Position numbers and translations under genes: made by a program. The notes below the pieces were generated by a model. It worked only from the letters and a program-made list of their open reading frames with translations, made no database searches and was not told the origin of the DNA. DNA of 64,000 nt, from positions 18,854 to 82,853 of the IMG/VR virus record IMGVR_UViG_3300031885_000003. One strand, given 5' to 3'. Source of the stretch: a virus. Shown here piece after piece: positions 8,730-18,244 of this stretch (positions are counted from its first letter, which is position 1; each line of letters opens with the position of its first letter).

Positions 8730-10751
8730 TCAGAACACCCCCGTCGTTGCGTCAACCGGCACGAGGTTTCCCGCCTGCGCCTGTTGAGCGACCTGTTCGT
8801 CTGGAAGGATTTGGGTCTGCACCACCGGCATCGGAACGAGCATGTCGTCGATACCCCCTTGTATCCCCGCTTCACGCGCAAACCGACGCCCGAACTTCAT
8901 AGGGTCGATCTGCATGGCCGTCATGGGATTCCCCATCATGATCTGGAACCAGTTGAGCAAGGCGCTGATGTTGGCCCCACCCGGTATAGCCCCACTGCGC
9001 GGCATGATGTCGAGGTTGACGTCAAGCACGCCCCGGTTCAGAAGTACATACGGGTACTCCGGCATGTACATGCCGAACTCGCGCATGAGTTGTTCTTCGT
9101 TTCTGCCAACGACTTTGACGTAGTGTTCCAGCGACATGAAATCTTGGGTGTTCGAGGCCAACATGATCGCCAGATCCGTCATGCCCATCACGTCCATGAC
9201 GCGCACGTCTTTTTGCAGCCGGGATAGCGATGATTGTCTAGCGGTGTCGATCTCTGCTTTAGTTATCGCCTCAGACTTGGAGCGCGTCACGCCCTGGACG
9301 GCATCTGTCGCCCCCGTCACCCGTTGCATGTAGTCGGCAAAGAACCCCGCCGCAAGGATGTTGTTACCGGACGTGTTGTTGAACTTGAGTTGTTCAAGCC
9401 CCTCTTTTATGGCACCCGGCACACCCCAGTACTGCTCATCGAGAAGAATAACCCTGCCAGGTTCCGGGTCTTCAAGCGTTGAAAGCATCCACCGTGACGG
9501 ATCAGCCAAGATCATGTCGTTGCCGGTTTTCTTCTGGTCGCGGACGAACTGGTTGATCAGGAAGTCGAGAATCATCTGCATCCCGTAGATGGTCTCTTGA
9601 TCCGAGGTAGGCGTGATGCTGTACCCGTCATAGGTTGGCGCGGCCACGGAGATCGGGTACATCCCGTGGCGGAAATTCATCGGCTCGGCCTTGATGACCA
9701 ACTTGTCGCCGGCGACTTCAAAACACCACACTTCCGGGTATCTGGACGACCCGAGTTTCAACTCGTAAGGGATCAGGCGCACGAACATCGTGATCACGTC
9801 TACGGGATTGCTCTCGGTTGTTCCGGTAGTATTATCAAACCCACTCTTAGTGTCCCGGCCGGAACTGTATTCGCCCATCAACGCACTGCGCATCGTCCCC
9901 TCTTTTCGGAGGTATTCGCAGTTGAAGTACCCATACCCGCCAGAGCGTTCCATAGACAACAAGGCGTTCCTGTCTGTACTCCGGCCCCAACAAAGGAACT
10001 CCGCATCCTGAATTTCGCTGATGGACACCTTGGGATCGGGCCAGAATCTATAGGGGTCGATATTGAACAGCCGGTTGCCTTCTGTGACGATACGTTCAGA
10101 GACGACACGCCTCGGTGTCCCGTATGGAATTATCCCCAGGTACTTTGGCCGGGGAACGTCGATGATCTCCTGGCCCATTTTCCGCCGCCATTGCGGATGA
10201 ACAACGCCAAACCCATACTTCCGGGCATCGCGGAAAAATGTCATCAGGTTCAGGACAAACCTGTTGAGAACGGCCTGTCGCTGGATCTCGATCTCGCACA
10301 TCATCGCGCCGAACCTGTCTTCGGGTCCGGTGCCTATGTACCCGAAGATGGGGTCTTCCAGCGCCGCCGCGCAGTCATACGTGACCTGAGTTTCCAGACA
10401 CGCCTTGGACATCGGCATTACGATGTGGACGGGTTTCCGGGAATCTTTGTGTTGTTCCGCGTCTTCCTTCTCGTCAGTGGAGATATAAGCCGTCTGCGTC
10501 TCGTCGATTTTCCGCCAGGACGGGTGGCGCACCGACATCTTCGTGCCGGACTCACGCGCGAAATTCACCACCATGTTGGCAATCTTCCCGTGGAGCACGT
10601 CTTCCCCGTCGAGTGTCGGGTCGAAGTCGAGCAACACACCATCGCCGTTGACCGGGTAGATGCCCTGAGTCTTGTAATGGTCGTAGTGCTCCGGGTAGAG
10701 ATCGCTGTTGTCTTGTCCTTGTCCTCCACTCGGGGCAAAATTCAAAGCCAT
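8730..10751 (-). CDS. Portal protein
   Basis: 673 aa after TerL; KYGFGVV, NIDPYRFWPDP and TGATDAVQG...TKAEI motifs. Confidence 0.85.
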   Translation of the reverse strand: MALNFAPSGGQGQDNSDLYPEHYDHYKTQGIYPVNGDGVLLDFDPTLDGEDVLHGKIANMVVNFARESGTKMSVRHPSWRKIDETQTAYISTDEKEDAEQHKDSRKPVHIVMPMSKACLETQVTYDCAAALEDPIFGYIGTGPEDRFGAMMCEIEIQRQAVLNRFVLNLMTFFRDARKYGFGVVHPQWRRKMGQEIIDVPRPKYLGIIPYGTPRRVVSERIVTEGNRLFNIDPYRFWPDPKVSISEIQDAEFLCWGRSTDRNALLSMERSGGYGYFNCEYLRKEGTMRSALMGEYSSGRDTKSGFDNTTGTTESNPVDVITMFVRLIPYELKLGSSRYPEVWCFEVAGDKLVIKAEPMNFRHGMYPISVAAPTYDGYSITPTSDQETIYGMQMILDFLINQFVRDQKKTGNDMILADPSRWMLSTLEDPEPGRVILLDEQYWGVPGAIKEGLEQLKFNNTSGNNILAAGFFADYMQRVTGATDAVQGVTRSKSEAITKAEIDTARQSSLSRLQKDVRVMDVMGMTDLAIMLASNTQDFMSLEHYVKVVGRNEEQLMREFGMYMPEYPYVLLNRGVLDVNLDIMPRSGAIPGGANISALLNWFQIMMGNPMTAMQIDPMKFGRRFAREAGIQGGIDDMLVPMPVVQTQILPDEQVAQQAQAGNLVPVDATTGVF

Positions 10752-10763
10752 GCGCGTCTCTCC

Positions 10764-12383
10764 CTAATTGGCCCACGCGGGTCTGGTCGACTCGCGGCGA
10801 CGGATCGTTACGGGGCTGGGCCTCCGCCTCAGTTCTTCCAGGGACTTCCGGTTGGCTTCTTTCCGTTCGACTTGGTTGGCGTACTGGTGGCTGGAGAAGA
10901 ACCGCTCCCGCTCGGCCATGACTTGCGGGATGTAACCTTCCACGTCGATGAGGTCTTTCGCTCCCGTGACGCTCCCGCCCACTCCCGGCCGGAAATTCAG
11001 GAGTCGCATTTCAAGATGTGTGTGGTTTGCCCTGTTATGGAAAATCATCCCCTTGCGGTAAAGCGGTACGGTCGAACAGATACGGTCGTCTTTGCCACTG
11101 AGCGCCGTGTTGAGTTGGGCTTTGCGCGGGACAAGGCGGATGATGGGTTTCCCCCATCCCTCCATCGCCATCCGGTTTTCGAGCGGGAACGTCAGATGTT
11201 CTTTAAGGCCGTTGTCCTCGACGGCGACCGCGCAAGCATTCAAGGCCCGGCCCATGTCGATGATGGCTTGATGCAACTCGTCTGGATGGAGTTTGTCTTC
11301 GATCCAGTCACGGACGAAGATGGCGCCCGTTTGCCAGTTGATCCCCACACCCATGATGGCGCTGTTACAAGACTTGAGGTTCGTGGTGTTCGCCGGGTCT
11401 ACGAGAATGATGGTGTCAAGGTGCATCGCCCGGAATTCGGTGGTCGTCTCGTCGTATGCGTGGAAGTATTCTTCCTTGAACGGCGCCGACTCGGCATCGC
11501 CGTCTTGGTTCATATACTCCCGGTAGAAGATGTCCATCATGCCCATCTCTTGATGTTGGTGAATGAGATCATCGAGAGTGGGTTGATCCATGTACTCAGG
11601 GCAGAGCGTCTTGAAATCCTTGTCACAGACGGAGAGGTCCACTTTGACCCAACTGTCGGACTTCATCAGAGTGGCAAGCAGGCAGTCGGGATGGTGGCGG
11701 GTGCCCCAATAAACGATCTGATGGTTGTGGTCATACCGCGAGATGGACGGCATGACGTTCTGAAACCAGTCCTCTTTCGCCGCCTGGCGCAACGCGGGAT
11801 TCTTGAGGAACCGGGGGTCGTCGTAGTCATCACCCAATATCAGGTCGGGCCGCGCTTCTTCCACCACGCTTCCAACGATGAGTTGGTTTGCGCCAAGGGG
11901 AAGAACTTTCGTGCCGTGATAGTCTTTGCGGGCGAGTGGATCGTTCTCGGGCATCTTGACCGTCCATGTTTCTTTGCTGAACTGGAGGTCGATACCCGTG
12001 TCGTCTTTCTCTGGGATGATCGTGCCGTAGTTGTCCCGGATGAAGTCGGAACGAAGCATTGCGTTCTTCAGGCCCTCGGTTTTTTCGATGGCCTTTTCGC
12101 CGGAGGCCGTCATGTAGGCGAGATACTTTATTTTTCGATGGACGATCTTCTTGCCCGCGTATGAGAGAACCAAACTCGTCTTACCAAGGCCGCGCGGGCC
12201 GTTGAACACCACCTGTTTGTTGAGGGGAAGACCAAAGGCGTCTTCCGCGTCGATGGCATCGCAGATCCGGCGATGAAATACGTTCATAGGCGTAAAGAAG
12301 ATGTGGCGGAACGCGGCCCGGGAAAACGCCCCGGTGTCTTTGCGCACCTGGGCAAGCGTCTCATTGGAGGCTTGAGTGTTCAT
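10764..12383 (-). CDS. terL: Terminase large subunit
   Basis: Walker A GPRGLGKT, Walker B LILGDD, nuclease VDPA and DLID motifs, FYREYMN. Confidence 0.92.
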   Translation of the reverse strand: MNTQASNETLAQVRKDTGAFSRAAFRHIFFTPMNVFHRRICDAIDAEDAFGLPLNKQVVFNGPRGLGKTSLVLSYAGKKIVHRKIKYLAYMTASGEKAIEKTEGLKNAMLRSDFIRDNYGTIIPEKDDTGIDLQFSKETWTVKMPENDPLARKDYHGTKVLPLGANQLIVGSVVEEARPDLILGDDYDDPRFLKNPALRQAAKEDWFQNVMPSISRYDHNHQIVYWGTRHHPDCLLATLMKSDSWVKVDLSVCDKDFKTLCPEYMDQPTLDDLIHQHQEMGMMDIFYREYMNQDGDAESAPFKEEYFHAYDETTTEFRAMHLDTIILVDPANTTNLKSCNSAIMGVGINWQTGAIFVRDWIEDKLHPDELHQAIIDMGRALNACAVAVEDNGLKEHLTFPLENRMAMEGWGKPIIRLVPRKAQLNTALSGKDDRICSTVPLYRKGMIFHNRANHTHLEMRLLNFRPGVGGSVTGAKDLIDVEGYIPQVMAERERFFSSHQYANQVERKEANRKSLEELRRRPSPVTIRRRESTRPAWAN

Positions 12384-13321
12384 GCCACGTAGGTCGCCTC
12401 CAACTCGACTTCAACAGAATCGTCGGCGGACGGCATAACTTCGCGGATGGAGACGTTATCGATCTTCCCGGTAAATGAATGTGATGGGCTATGGAACTGG
12501 AGCGTTGGGGCTCCAGCAGCGGCAGCAAGGAACGTTTGAGTAGAAGATCCATTCGCAGATAGGGTTTCGCCGGTGAACGTCGTGATTCCGTAAATTTCTG
12601 CCCGAATATCGCCCGCGGAGTAACTTGAGACCGTGTACGTCAGTTGGTACGTCATTCCAGCCACGACGTTGCCAACTGTTTGAGACAAGACTTCCGTGGT
12701 TATTGCGTTCGCGTAAGCCTTCCCGGCCCCATCCCATGACCAGTTTGGTGCACCGAATACCCAATCGTCTCCGTCGTGAAAGTCGCCGTTGTCCAGGCGT
12801 TCCCCATTTAGGAGACCGAGAAGGAGCAGGGTGTTGGCGGTTGCCACACTGTCCACGTACTGAATGGTGAGGCTTCGCACGACGCCAGCAGATGTCGTCC
12901 ATCGGATTGTTACTTTGTCGCCAGCGTTTGCGCCACCAGAGATGCACTTAAGAAACGGTTCTCCGCCATTTGCCACAATCTTCGACTGGGTGGCCGAATG
13001 GTCAGAGATGGTTGCGGTGAGGTATGCAGCCGGTTTTCCCGCAGCGATGAGATACTTGTATCGGAACAGTGCCAGTGATGCCGCAGAACCGATGTCCCCA
13101 AGGATGTTCCCCCACTTCGAGTTCATCACCGTTTGCATGGCGGCGTTGGCGTCGTCGTCGATCGGGAAGATGTCGTACCCGGGAGTAGCCGCGGTCGCCC
13201 GCCGTTCCATTTTGCGAACATCGCTCACAGCCAACTGCATTTGGAGCAAGTGGCTCTGGGTAGATTTCAGGATGTCGCGCCACTCATCCGGCGTGTATGG
13301 GCAGTCGACATAACCGGCCAT
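12380..13321 (-). CDS. Hypothetical protein with C-terminal CBM-like (galactose-binding-fold-like) module
   Basis: NGDF...W...LSQTV..VVAGMTYQLTYTV...FTGKIDNVSIREV. Confidence 0.6.
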   Translation of the reverse strand: MAGYVDCPYTPDEWRDILKSTQSHLLQMQLAVSDVRKMERRATAATPGYDIFPIDDDANAAMQTVMNSKWGNILGDIGSAASLALFRYKYLIAAGKPAAYLTATISDHSATQSKIVANGGEPFLKCISGGANAGDKVTIRWTTSAGVVRSLTIQYVDSVATANTLLLLGLLNGERLDNGDFHDGDDWVFGAPNWSWDGAGKAYANAITTEVLSQTVGNVVAGMTYQLTYTVSSYSAGDIRAEIYGITTFTGETLSANGSSTQTFLAAAAGAPTLQFHSPSHSFTGKIDNVSIREVMPSADDSVEVELEATYVA

Positions 13322-13328
13322 CGTTCAG

Positions 13329-13697
13329 TTATCCTTTAGGGGTCACGAAATACGGACCTACCTGGGGAACGACCGCGGGGGTTATCGCTTCGGGTTCCCT
13401 GTCTGCGGACACCGGTTGGCCGAGGATGGGCGCCAACAGGCGCACCAGTTCGGTTAGAAACTCGATACCTTTCAGGGCATCCGTCGAATCCGCGTTGTCG
13501 GCCATCGAACCGATTTCGAGATCCCACTTGTCGCCTTCGCCTTTGTAAGCGGCTTGAATTGCCGATGCGTCCGTCTTCGCGAAGAATGTGTTTTGCCGAC
13601 CCTGGGTGAGCGCCCCGAGTTCGTCGACGTGCTTCCAGCGGGTAGTCGTGCAGCCAGCCAGGACGGTCAGGATCAGAATGGCGAGGATGAGTTTCAT
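13329..13697 (-). CDS. Lipoprotein (possible o-spanin-like)
   Basis: MKLILAILILTVLAGC lipobox; in lysis-like cluster. Confidence 0.7.
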   Translation of the reverse strand: MKLILAILILTVLAGCTTTRWKHVDELGALTQGRQNTFFAKTDASAIQAAYKGEGDKWDLEIGSMADNADSTDALKGIEFLTELVRLLAPILGQPVSADREPEAITPAVVPQVGPYFVTPKG

Positions 13698-14245
13698 CGG
13701 ACTGAACCGTCAGGTCTCAGGGTCAGGAATGGCCCCGGGGCGGTTATATCGCCTCCGAGAAAATCTGAACCGTCGATTACGGCCGCTGATTGGTTTGTCC
13801 GGAACACTTCGAGCAGCACGCGGGCTTGCTCGAGCAACGCCAGCAATTGGTCCGTCTTGCTTGGGCTGTCCGGTTTTGCGAGGGCATCTTGAATCTGAGG
13901 AATCAACTCGAGTGCCGCGGGCGTGTTCGCTATCACGAGTTGGGTTATAGCGACAATCGCGTCAACGTCCACCCGTGTGGTCAAGCTCTGCGTGCCGGTG
14001 TCGTCAATCGCCCGGATCGTGATGCAGCCGGGCATCAGTAACGCCGGGATCAGCAAGATCGGCAACAGACATTTCGCGGGTGCATCTTTGGCCGTCACAA
14101 GACCAACGCCTGCAAGACCGGTCAGGACGGCGGCGATGACCGCCTGGAGGTCTACGGTTTCGCCGCGAAGCAACTGGACACCGACTCCGCACAGTGTCCC
14201 GACAATCAACAGAATTCCGATGATGGTGGTCTTGGGGTTCTTCAT
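13694..14245 (-). CDS. Holin-like membrane protein with internal lipobox
   Basis: MKNPKTT..G 2-TM holin-like N-terminus ending AKD, then LLPILLIPALLMPGC. Confidence 0.55.
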   Translation of the reverse strand: MKNPKTTIIGILLIVGTLCGVGVQLLRGETVDLQAVIAAVLTGLAGVGLVTAKDAPAKCLLPILLIPALLMPGCITIRAIDDTGTQSLTTRVDVDAIVAITQLVIANTPAALELIPQIQDALAKPDSPSKTDQLLALLEQARVLLEVFRTNQSAAVIDGSDFLGGDITAPGPFLTLRPDGSVR

Positions 14246-14249
14246 GGTT

Positions 14250-14465
14250 TTAGGTCTCCATTTCGCGTGCGCAATGCGCATTGAGTTTGGTTTCTATCCG
14301 CTGCAAGGACTGGGCAATCGAACCCGTCCGTTCTTCAAACATCTCTTTCGAGACGTAGTTGGAACTACTGCCATTTCCTTTGTTTGGTCCGAACTTCACT
14401 ATTGCGGCGATGACCACACCGCAACCCGCAACTGCGGCTGCCGCGATTCCAGGGTCAAGACTCAT
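14250..14465 (-). CDS. Small single-TM coiled-coil protein (lysis-associated)
   Basis: N-terminal hydrophobic helix and LQRIETKL coiled coil. Confidence 0.55.
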   Translation of the reverse strand: MSLDPGIAAAAVAGCGVVIAAIVKFGPNKGNGSSSNYVSKEMFEERTGSIAQSLQRIETKLNAHCAREMET

Positions 14466-14581
14466 GGATCTCTCCGTTTTGAAAAAGAGGGCGGCTGGCA
14501 GGGCAAAGGAGGACGGAAGACCCTGCCAGCACGCTTGGGTCACACAAACACCTGGCGAAGGTGTGGGTGAGAAATGGTAAG

Positions 14582-15085
14582 TTACGCATCAGCGGGTTTC
14601 TCCGCACTGTGCGTGACGTCGATGATCTCCCGGCCTTCCAGCGCCGCCTTGCGGACAATCTCTTCGATCTCCGCTAACTTCGCCGCATCCACGTAGACTT
14701 TCGTGGCCTGAGTCTCTTGCCGGGATGTCTTTGGGTGTCCCCCCCGGTCGAGCACGTCCGCGTAAACCTTGGCGACGATTTTCTCGCTCTTGGATCCCAG
14801 CAGGTCTTCCGCCTTGTCGATGGCACGGTGCGCCAACCCCTCTATCCGCGCCTGACGTATTCGCCGCTGTTCTTCCCGCGCCGTCTCCAGCTTCTCCACA
14901 TGGGCCATTACCCGCGGGTCGCGCTTTAAGTTGGACACGTAAGACTCGCTGATTCCGGCTTCAAGCGCGATCTCTTGGTTCGTGAGTCCGTTGACGATGC
15001 CAAAGGCGACGGCTTTGTGATGGTCGGAAAGCTTCTGCAACTCCCCCGGCACCCTCACCGCTTCAAGAAGATCCGCGTCTTGCAT
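14582..15085 (-). CDS. Terminase small subunit-like HTH protein
   Basis: HTH GLTNQEIALEAGISESYVS, DVLDRGG motif; first gene of packaging operon. Confidence 0.7.
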   Translation of the reverse strand: MQDADLLEAVRVPGELQKLSDHHKAVAFGIVNGLTNQEIALEAGISESYVSNLKRDPRVMAHVEKLETAREEQRRIRQARIEGLAHRAIDKAEDLLGSKSEKIVAKVYADVLDRGGHPKTSRQETQATKVYVDAAKLAEIEEIVRKAALEGREIIDVTHSAEKPADA

Positions 15086-15128
15086 GTGTAAAAATCCCCA
15101 CTTTGGGTCATGTCACCCACTACTGCGT

Positions 15129-15158
15129 ATTATCCCCCAATACTCACAGTTCTGTCAA
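15129..15158 (-). promoter_or_regulatory. Sigma70-type promoter for the phage A packaging operon
   Basis: TTGACA-18nt-GATAAT on the minus strand. Confidence 0.55.
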
Positions 15159-15400
15159 TACAAAATGTGGGGGTGTGCTAAGTGGTTGACGCTACAGGTA
15201 GTTAGATGGGGTTTACAACAAGGATTTCAGGGTTCCACATGGAACCATTATGGAACGAAACTGACGATTTTTGTCCTGCGGGCGGGGAAACAGAAACGCC
15301 CCAAGTCCGTAGACTCAGGGCGTCAATCCTTGGTGCGTTGCGGCGAGTCGAACGTCGCGCAGTCTATAAGTCTGCCTCCCAAAAACGCAAGAGCCGCGCC

Positions 15401-15646
15401 TTATTGGGCTACCTCCGCCTCAAGTGCGCGCTTCTTCGCCGCCACCGGCCACGGGCCACGTACCCAGTTTGTGATCTTCCCCCGACGGCATTTCATCAGA
15501 TGTTTCTTCCACGCCCTAAATTCTTCTAACCCTTGCCGGCGAAACGAGTCCAACCGCTCCATATCCACATGGGTCAGCGGGTAAAATCTAAACTGCTGAC
15601 CAAACACGTCCATCACAAGGTCAAATTCCTTAACGTAACCAACCAT
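15401..15646 (-). CDS. Hypothetical basic protein, probably leaderless
   Basis: TTGCCT-17-TACTAT ends 6 nt before ATG at 15646. Confidence 0.55.
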   Translation of the reverse strand: MVGYVKEFDLVMDVFGQQFRFYPLTHVDMERLDSFRRQGLEEFRAWKKHLMKCRRGKITNWVRGPWPVAAKKRALEAEVAQ

Positions 15647-15740
15647 GACACTATAGTACACCACCGACCGCCCAAAGGCAAGCCAAAAATTTGAGAAAAA
15701 TTCCGGATACAGGGGATGGTACACGGGGATGGGGGCCGGT

Positions 15741-15777
15741 CCCCCCCTCCCCCCACCCCCCACCCCACCCCCACCCC
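15741..15777 (-). other. G-run cluster (potential G-quadruplex / packaging-site signal)
   Basis: Six runs of 4-7 G on the minus strand separated by single nucleotides. Confidence 0.55.
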
Positions 15778-15985
15778 GGCCACAGGCTCAGGCGCAGCGT
15801 CCAGCCTGCCACCCAGCCGACGTCCACCAGCAGGCGCGGCGCCAACGACAGGGCAGAGTGGGCTTAAGCCCATGAGCGCCAACAGGTTAGAGCGTTCGAC
15901 AGGACCGCCCACTTAACACTAGGTTAAGCGCTCGACCTATGCTATCGTGCTGCCACCATTGCACTTGCGTGCATCGAGCACAGGC

Positions 15986-16027
15986 AGTGACTACCCTAAA
16001 CTGACTACCTGATGGGCTGACTACCTG
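15986..16027. repeat. Three TGACTACC direct repeats
   Basis: AGTGACTACCC 15986, CTGACTACCTG 16001 and 16017. Confidence 0.8.
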
Positions 16028-16413
16028 CTCGACTCGGACTCACACAATGGCTCAGGATGGGTGAGCGGCTGCCGGCTGAGGGTGCAGGCCCACCCGAAAC
16101 CATTCCATCTTGGACCACATGCGTATCGACCGGAATCCTGCGAGCAAGCACCAGCCACCTATTTTTACCCTTGTTTTGCCTATTTTGTGGTGTTCCACTC
16201 TGGACCGTTTTCCCTAATAGTCTCTCCTCTTAACGCTTAAGACCTACGCATTCAGGTAATAGCAAAGGAGGTAATAGCAAAAAGAGCATAAATCGTGCCA
16301 TATCGCGGGTGTTGGAAGGTAGATAGGTGGTGGCTGAGTTCAGGCATAACGCAGTAACGGTATAGTATCATGGTATCGTGAGATAAGCCGATAAACACTG
16401 GGGATAATAGTGC

Positions 16414-16443
16414 TTGACAAGGGGCTTAAGGGCATGAGACAAT
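16414..16443 (+). promoter_or_regulatory. Early promoter
   Basis: TTGACA-18nt-GACAAT with TG at the extended -10 position, upstream of the small-gene array. Confidence 0.6.
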
Positions 16444-16494
16444 AGGTGTATCAAGTTGAGGTAAGGCAACGCCCGCGAGGGCAAGGAGGACGGA

Positions 16495-16872
16495 ATGAAA
16501 ATCACGCGAATTACAAACAGTCGGTTTGTGGTGCTGTCCGGCAACAAAACATATCAAGTGAACCACTATAAATCGGTCGGTCAAATGCGGTGGACGTGCA
16601 CCTGTCCCGCGCGGGGCGAGTGCAAACATTTGCGCACGGTGCGCGGTTGCGGGGGTCTTGGGGTAGGCGATAGCATCGAACTCGATGCCGTTCGCGGCAC
16701 GTCGTTTCTCGAACATGCCACGCCCCGCCCGGCGCGTGCAGTAAACGAGGACCCGGATTGCGAGGATCAGAATGAGGACTACGAGGACCAGCACATGATC
16801 GACGATGTTGGGCCGGAAATTGAGGCTGCTCGGCGCGGTCGTGGGGCATATCGCAAATTTTTAGGGTACTGA
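16495..16872 (+). CDS. SWIM zinc-finger early protein with acidic tail
   Basis: WTCTCP...CKH motif; AGGAGG RBS. Confidence 0.75.
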   Translation: MKITRITNSRFVVLSGNKTYQVNHYKSVGQMRWTCTCPARGECKHLRTVRGCGGLGVGDSIELDAVRGTSFLEHATPRPARAVNEDPDCEDQNEDYEDQHMIDDVGPEIEAARRGRGAYRKFLGY

Positions 16873-16902
16873 ACAACCGCCCGAGAGGGCAGGAGGACGG
16901 AA

Positions 16903-17172
16903 ATGATTACAAAACAGCAGGAAAAATTTCAGTGCGCAGTCCGGGAACGGCGCGCGAAACACCATCTGACGATCCACCTACAGCGCGATGCGCAGGCGAC
17001 GACAGCCTGTGGGCTGATCGATGCGAAAAACGTGATCAATGTTGATCTTCTGACCGGGCAGTTTACCCGTCCCGGCGTGCCCCTGAACGCACCGAATGAA
17101 TTCCTGTGTGTGCGCTGCCGAACGGCGCTCGGGGCTCTCTACCGGGCGAACTTAGCACGAATAGGCGAATAG
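16903..17172 (+). CDS. Small early protein (H...TACG...CxxC)
   Basis: AGGAGG RBS after hairpin. Confidence 0.7.
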   Translation: MITKQQEKFQCAVRERRAKHHLTIHLQRDAQATTACGLIDAKNVINVDLLTGQFTRPGVPLNAPNEFLCVRCRTALGALYRANLARIGE

Positions 17173-17261
17173 CCCCATTCCCGTCACGCGCACGCTACCC
17201 CAGGCGGGGCGACCGCGGGCGGGGTAAGAGTAAGAGACTAGGGAAACGAAAGGAGCGAGAA

Positions 17262-17531
17262 ATGCTAGTCGTCCTGATACACCCCGATGACGTTGACAAA
17301 TTGGACGAATTTTGTTTGCCCGATATGTACCGTTGGTGGCAGGGACATGCTATCCAACGCACTATCGGCGACGAGACCTGGTTTGAGGTTGGGAAACCCG
17401 GATGTAGACACCTAGCATTATACGGAGGTGTCAAACGACTGGCAAGTTTTGGTATACATGCACGGGTAGCACGACGCACATTGACGAGGGAACAACGCCA
17501 GCAGCGCATGTGGCGCGCCTATGGCGGCTAA
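17262..17531 (+). CDS. Small early protein
   Basis: AAGGAG RBS, MLVVLIHPDD start. Confidence 0.7.
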   Translation: MLVVLIHPDDVDKLDEFCLPDMYRWWQGHAIQRTIGDETWFEVGKPGCRHLALYGGVKRLASFGIHARVARRTLTREQRQQRMWRAYGG

Positions 17532-17547
17532 CGCCCGGGAGGGCAAG

Positions 17548-17707
17548 GGAGGGAGATTATGTTCGGAATATACAAGGATGGGAAAAAATCAAAACTATGG
17601 TTTTGCACGGCTCCTTTTGGGGCTCGGAAATTCGTTACTCGAAAGAAAGCGGCCGCCTTGGCGCGTCAAGTTGGCGGCAAAGTAGAAAAGATCAAATAAT
17701 CTCATCT
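17548..17707 (+). repeat. Direct repeat copy 1 (copy 2 at 63841-64000, cut by window end)
   Basis: 159/160 identical; G17580 vs A63873. Confidence 0.95.
17559..17699 (+). CDS. 46-aa basic early protein MFGIYKDGKKSKLWFCTAPFGARKF...
   Basis: RBS; duplicated at 63852-63992 (G8R). Confidence 0.75.
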   Translation: MFGIYKDGKKSKLWFCTAPFGARKFVTRKKAAALARQVGGKVEKIK

Positions 17708-17785
17708 CCGCCCCGCGCACGTTGCCCCAGGTGGGGCGACCGCGAGCGGGGTAAGGTAAGGGACCATGGAAACGAAAGGAGCGAT

Positions 17786-18064
17786 ATGGAAACGCGGAAA
17801 TGCCCAAACGTATTATGCCCCGGCACAATGTACCACTCTGACGACATGGAAAACCCGTTTGCCGGGACCGATGATCACACCCCATTTTGGCAGTGCGAGT
17901 TATGCGGGGATTGTCAACCGGAATACACCGCGGCACAGAAACGCCTAATCGAAGAACGGAGGCTAAACTCCCGCTGGGAAAATGCGACTGAGCATGAAAT
18001 GGCGACAACCCCGGAAACCGAGGAATACTCGGACGAACGGTACGACCAGGAGAATCAGGACTAA
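17786..18064 (+). CDS. Zn-ribbon early protein with acidic tail
   Basis: CPNVLC...CELC; AAGGAG RBS. Confidence 0.7.
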   Translation: METRKCPNVLCPGTMYHSDDMENPFAGTDDHTPFWQCELCGDCQPEYTAAQKRLIEERRLNSRWENATEHEMATTPETEEYSDERYDQENQD

Positions 18065-18167
18065 TTCCGCCCCGCACGCTGCCCCAGGCGGGGGATCGAC
18101 GTGGACGCTAACAGCCTATGAGGGCGAGGAGAACGGCATGGAAGAAGGAGCACAGCGATATTACCGG

Positions 18168-18244
18168 TGGGGTGCTCGTTTTTAGGGGGTCAATTGCTAC
18201 TATAGTCTTGCTATCAACGGGGTTAAGGGTGCTCGATTCACAGG
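18168..18244. repeat. 77-bp perfect inverted repeat, copy 1 (copy 2 at 34414-34490)
   Basis: Base-by-base reverse-complement identity. Confidence 0.95.

Larger units (their letters stand above)
1..15700 (-). mobile_element. Phage A: podovirus-like packaging/head/tail gene block (partial, continues off the left edge)
   Basis: Co-oriented minus-strand TerS-lysis-TerL-portal-scaffold-MCP-adaptor-nozzle order; no tape measure gene in the visible part. Confidence 0.85.

Noticed and set aside
9597-12164. 855-aa plus-strand ORF and other long antisense ORFs (e.g. 4656-5402, 40409-41614)
   Set aside because: Shadow frames of GC-rich genes on the opposite strand; no RBS or recognisable motifs.
1-15700. 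Phage A as a satellite of phage B
   Set aside because: It encodes its own terminase, portal, capsid and tail-like genes; nothing visible indicates dependence on a helper.
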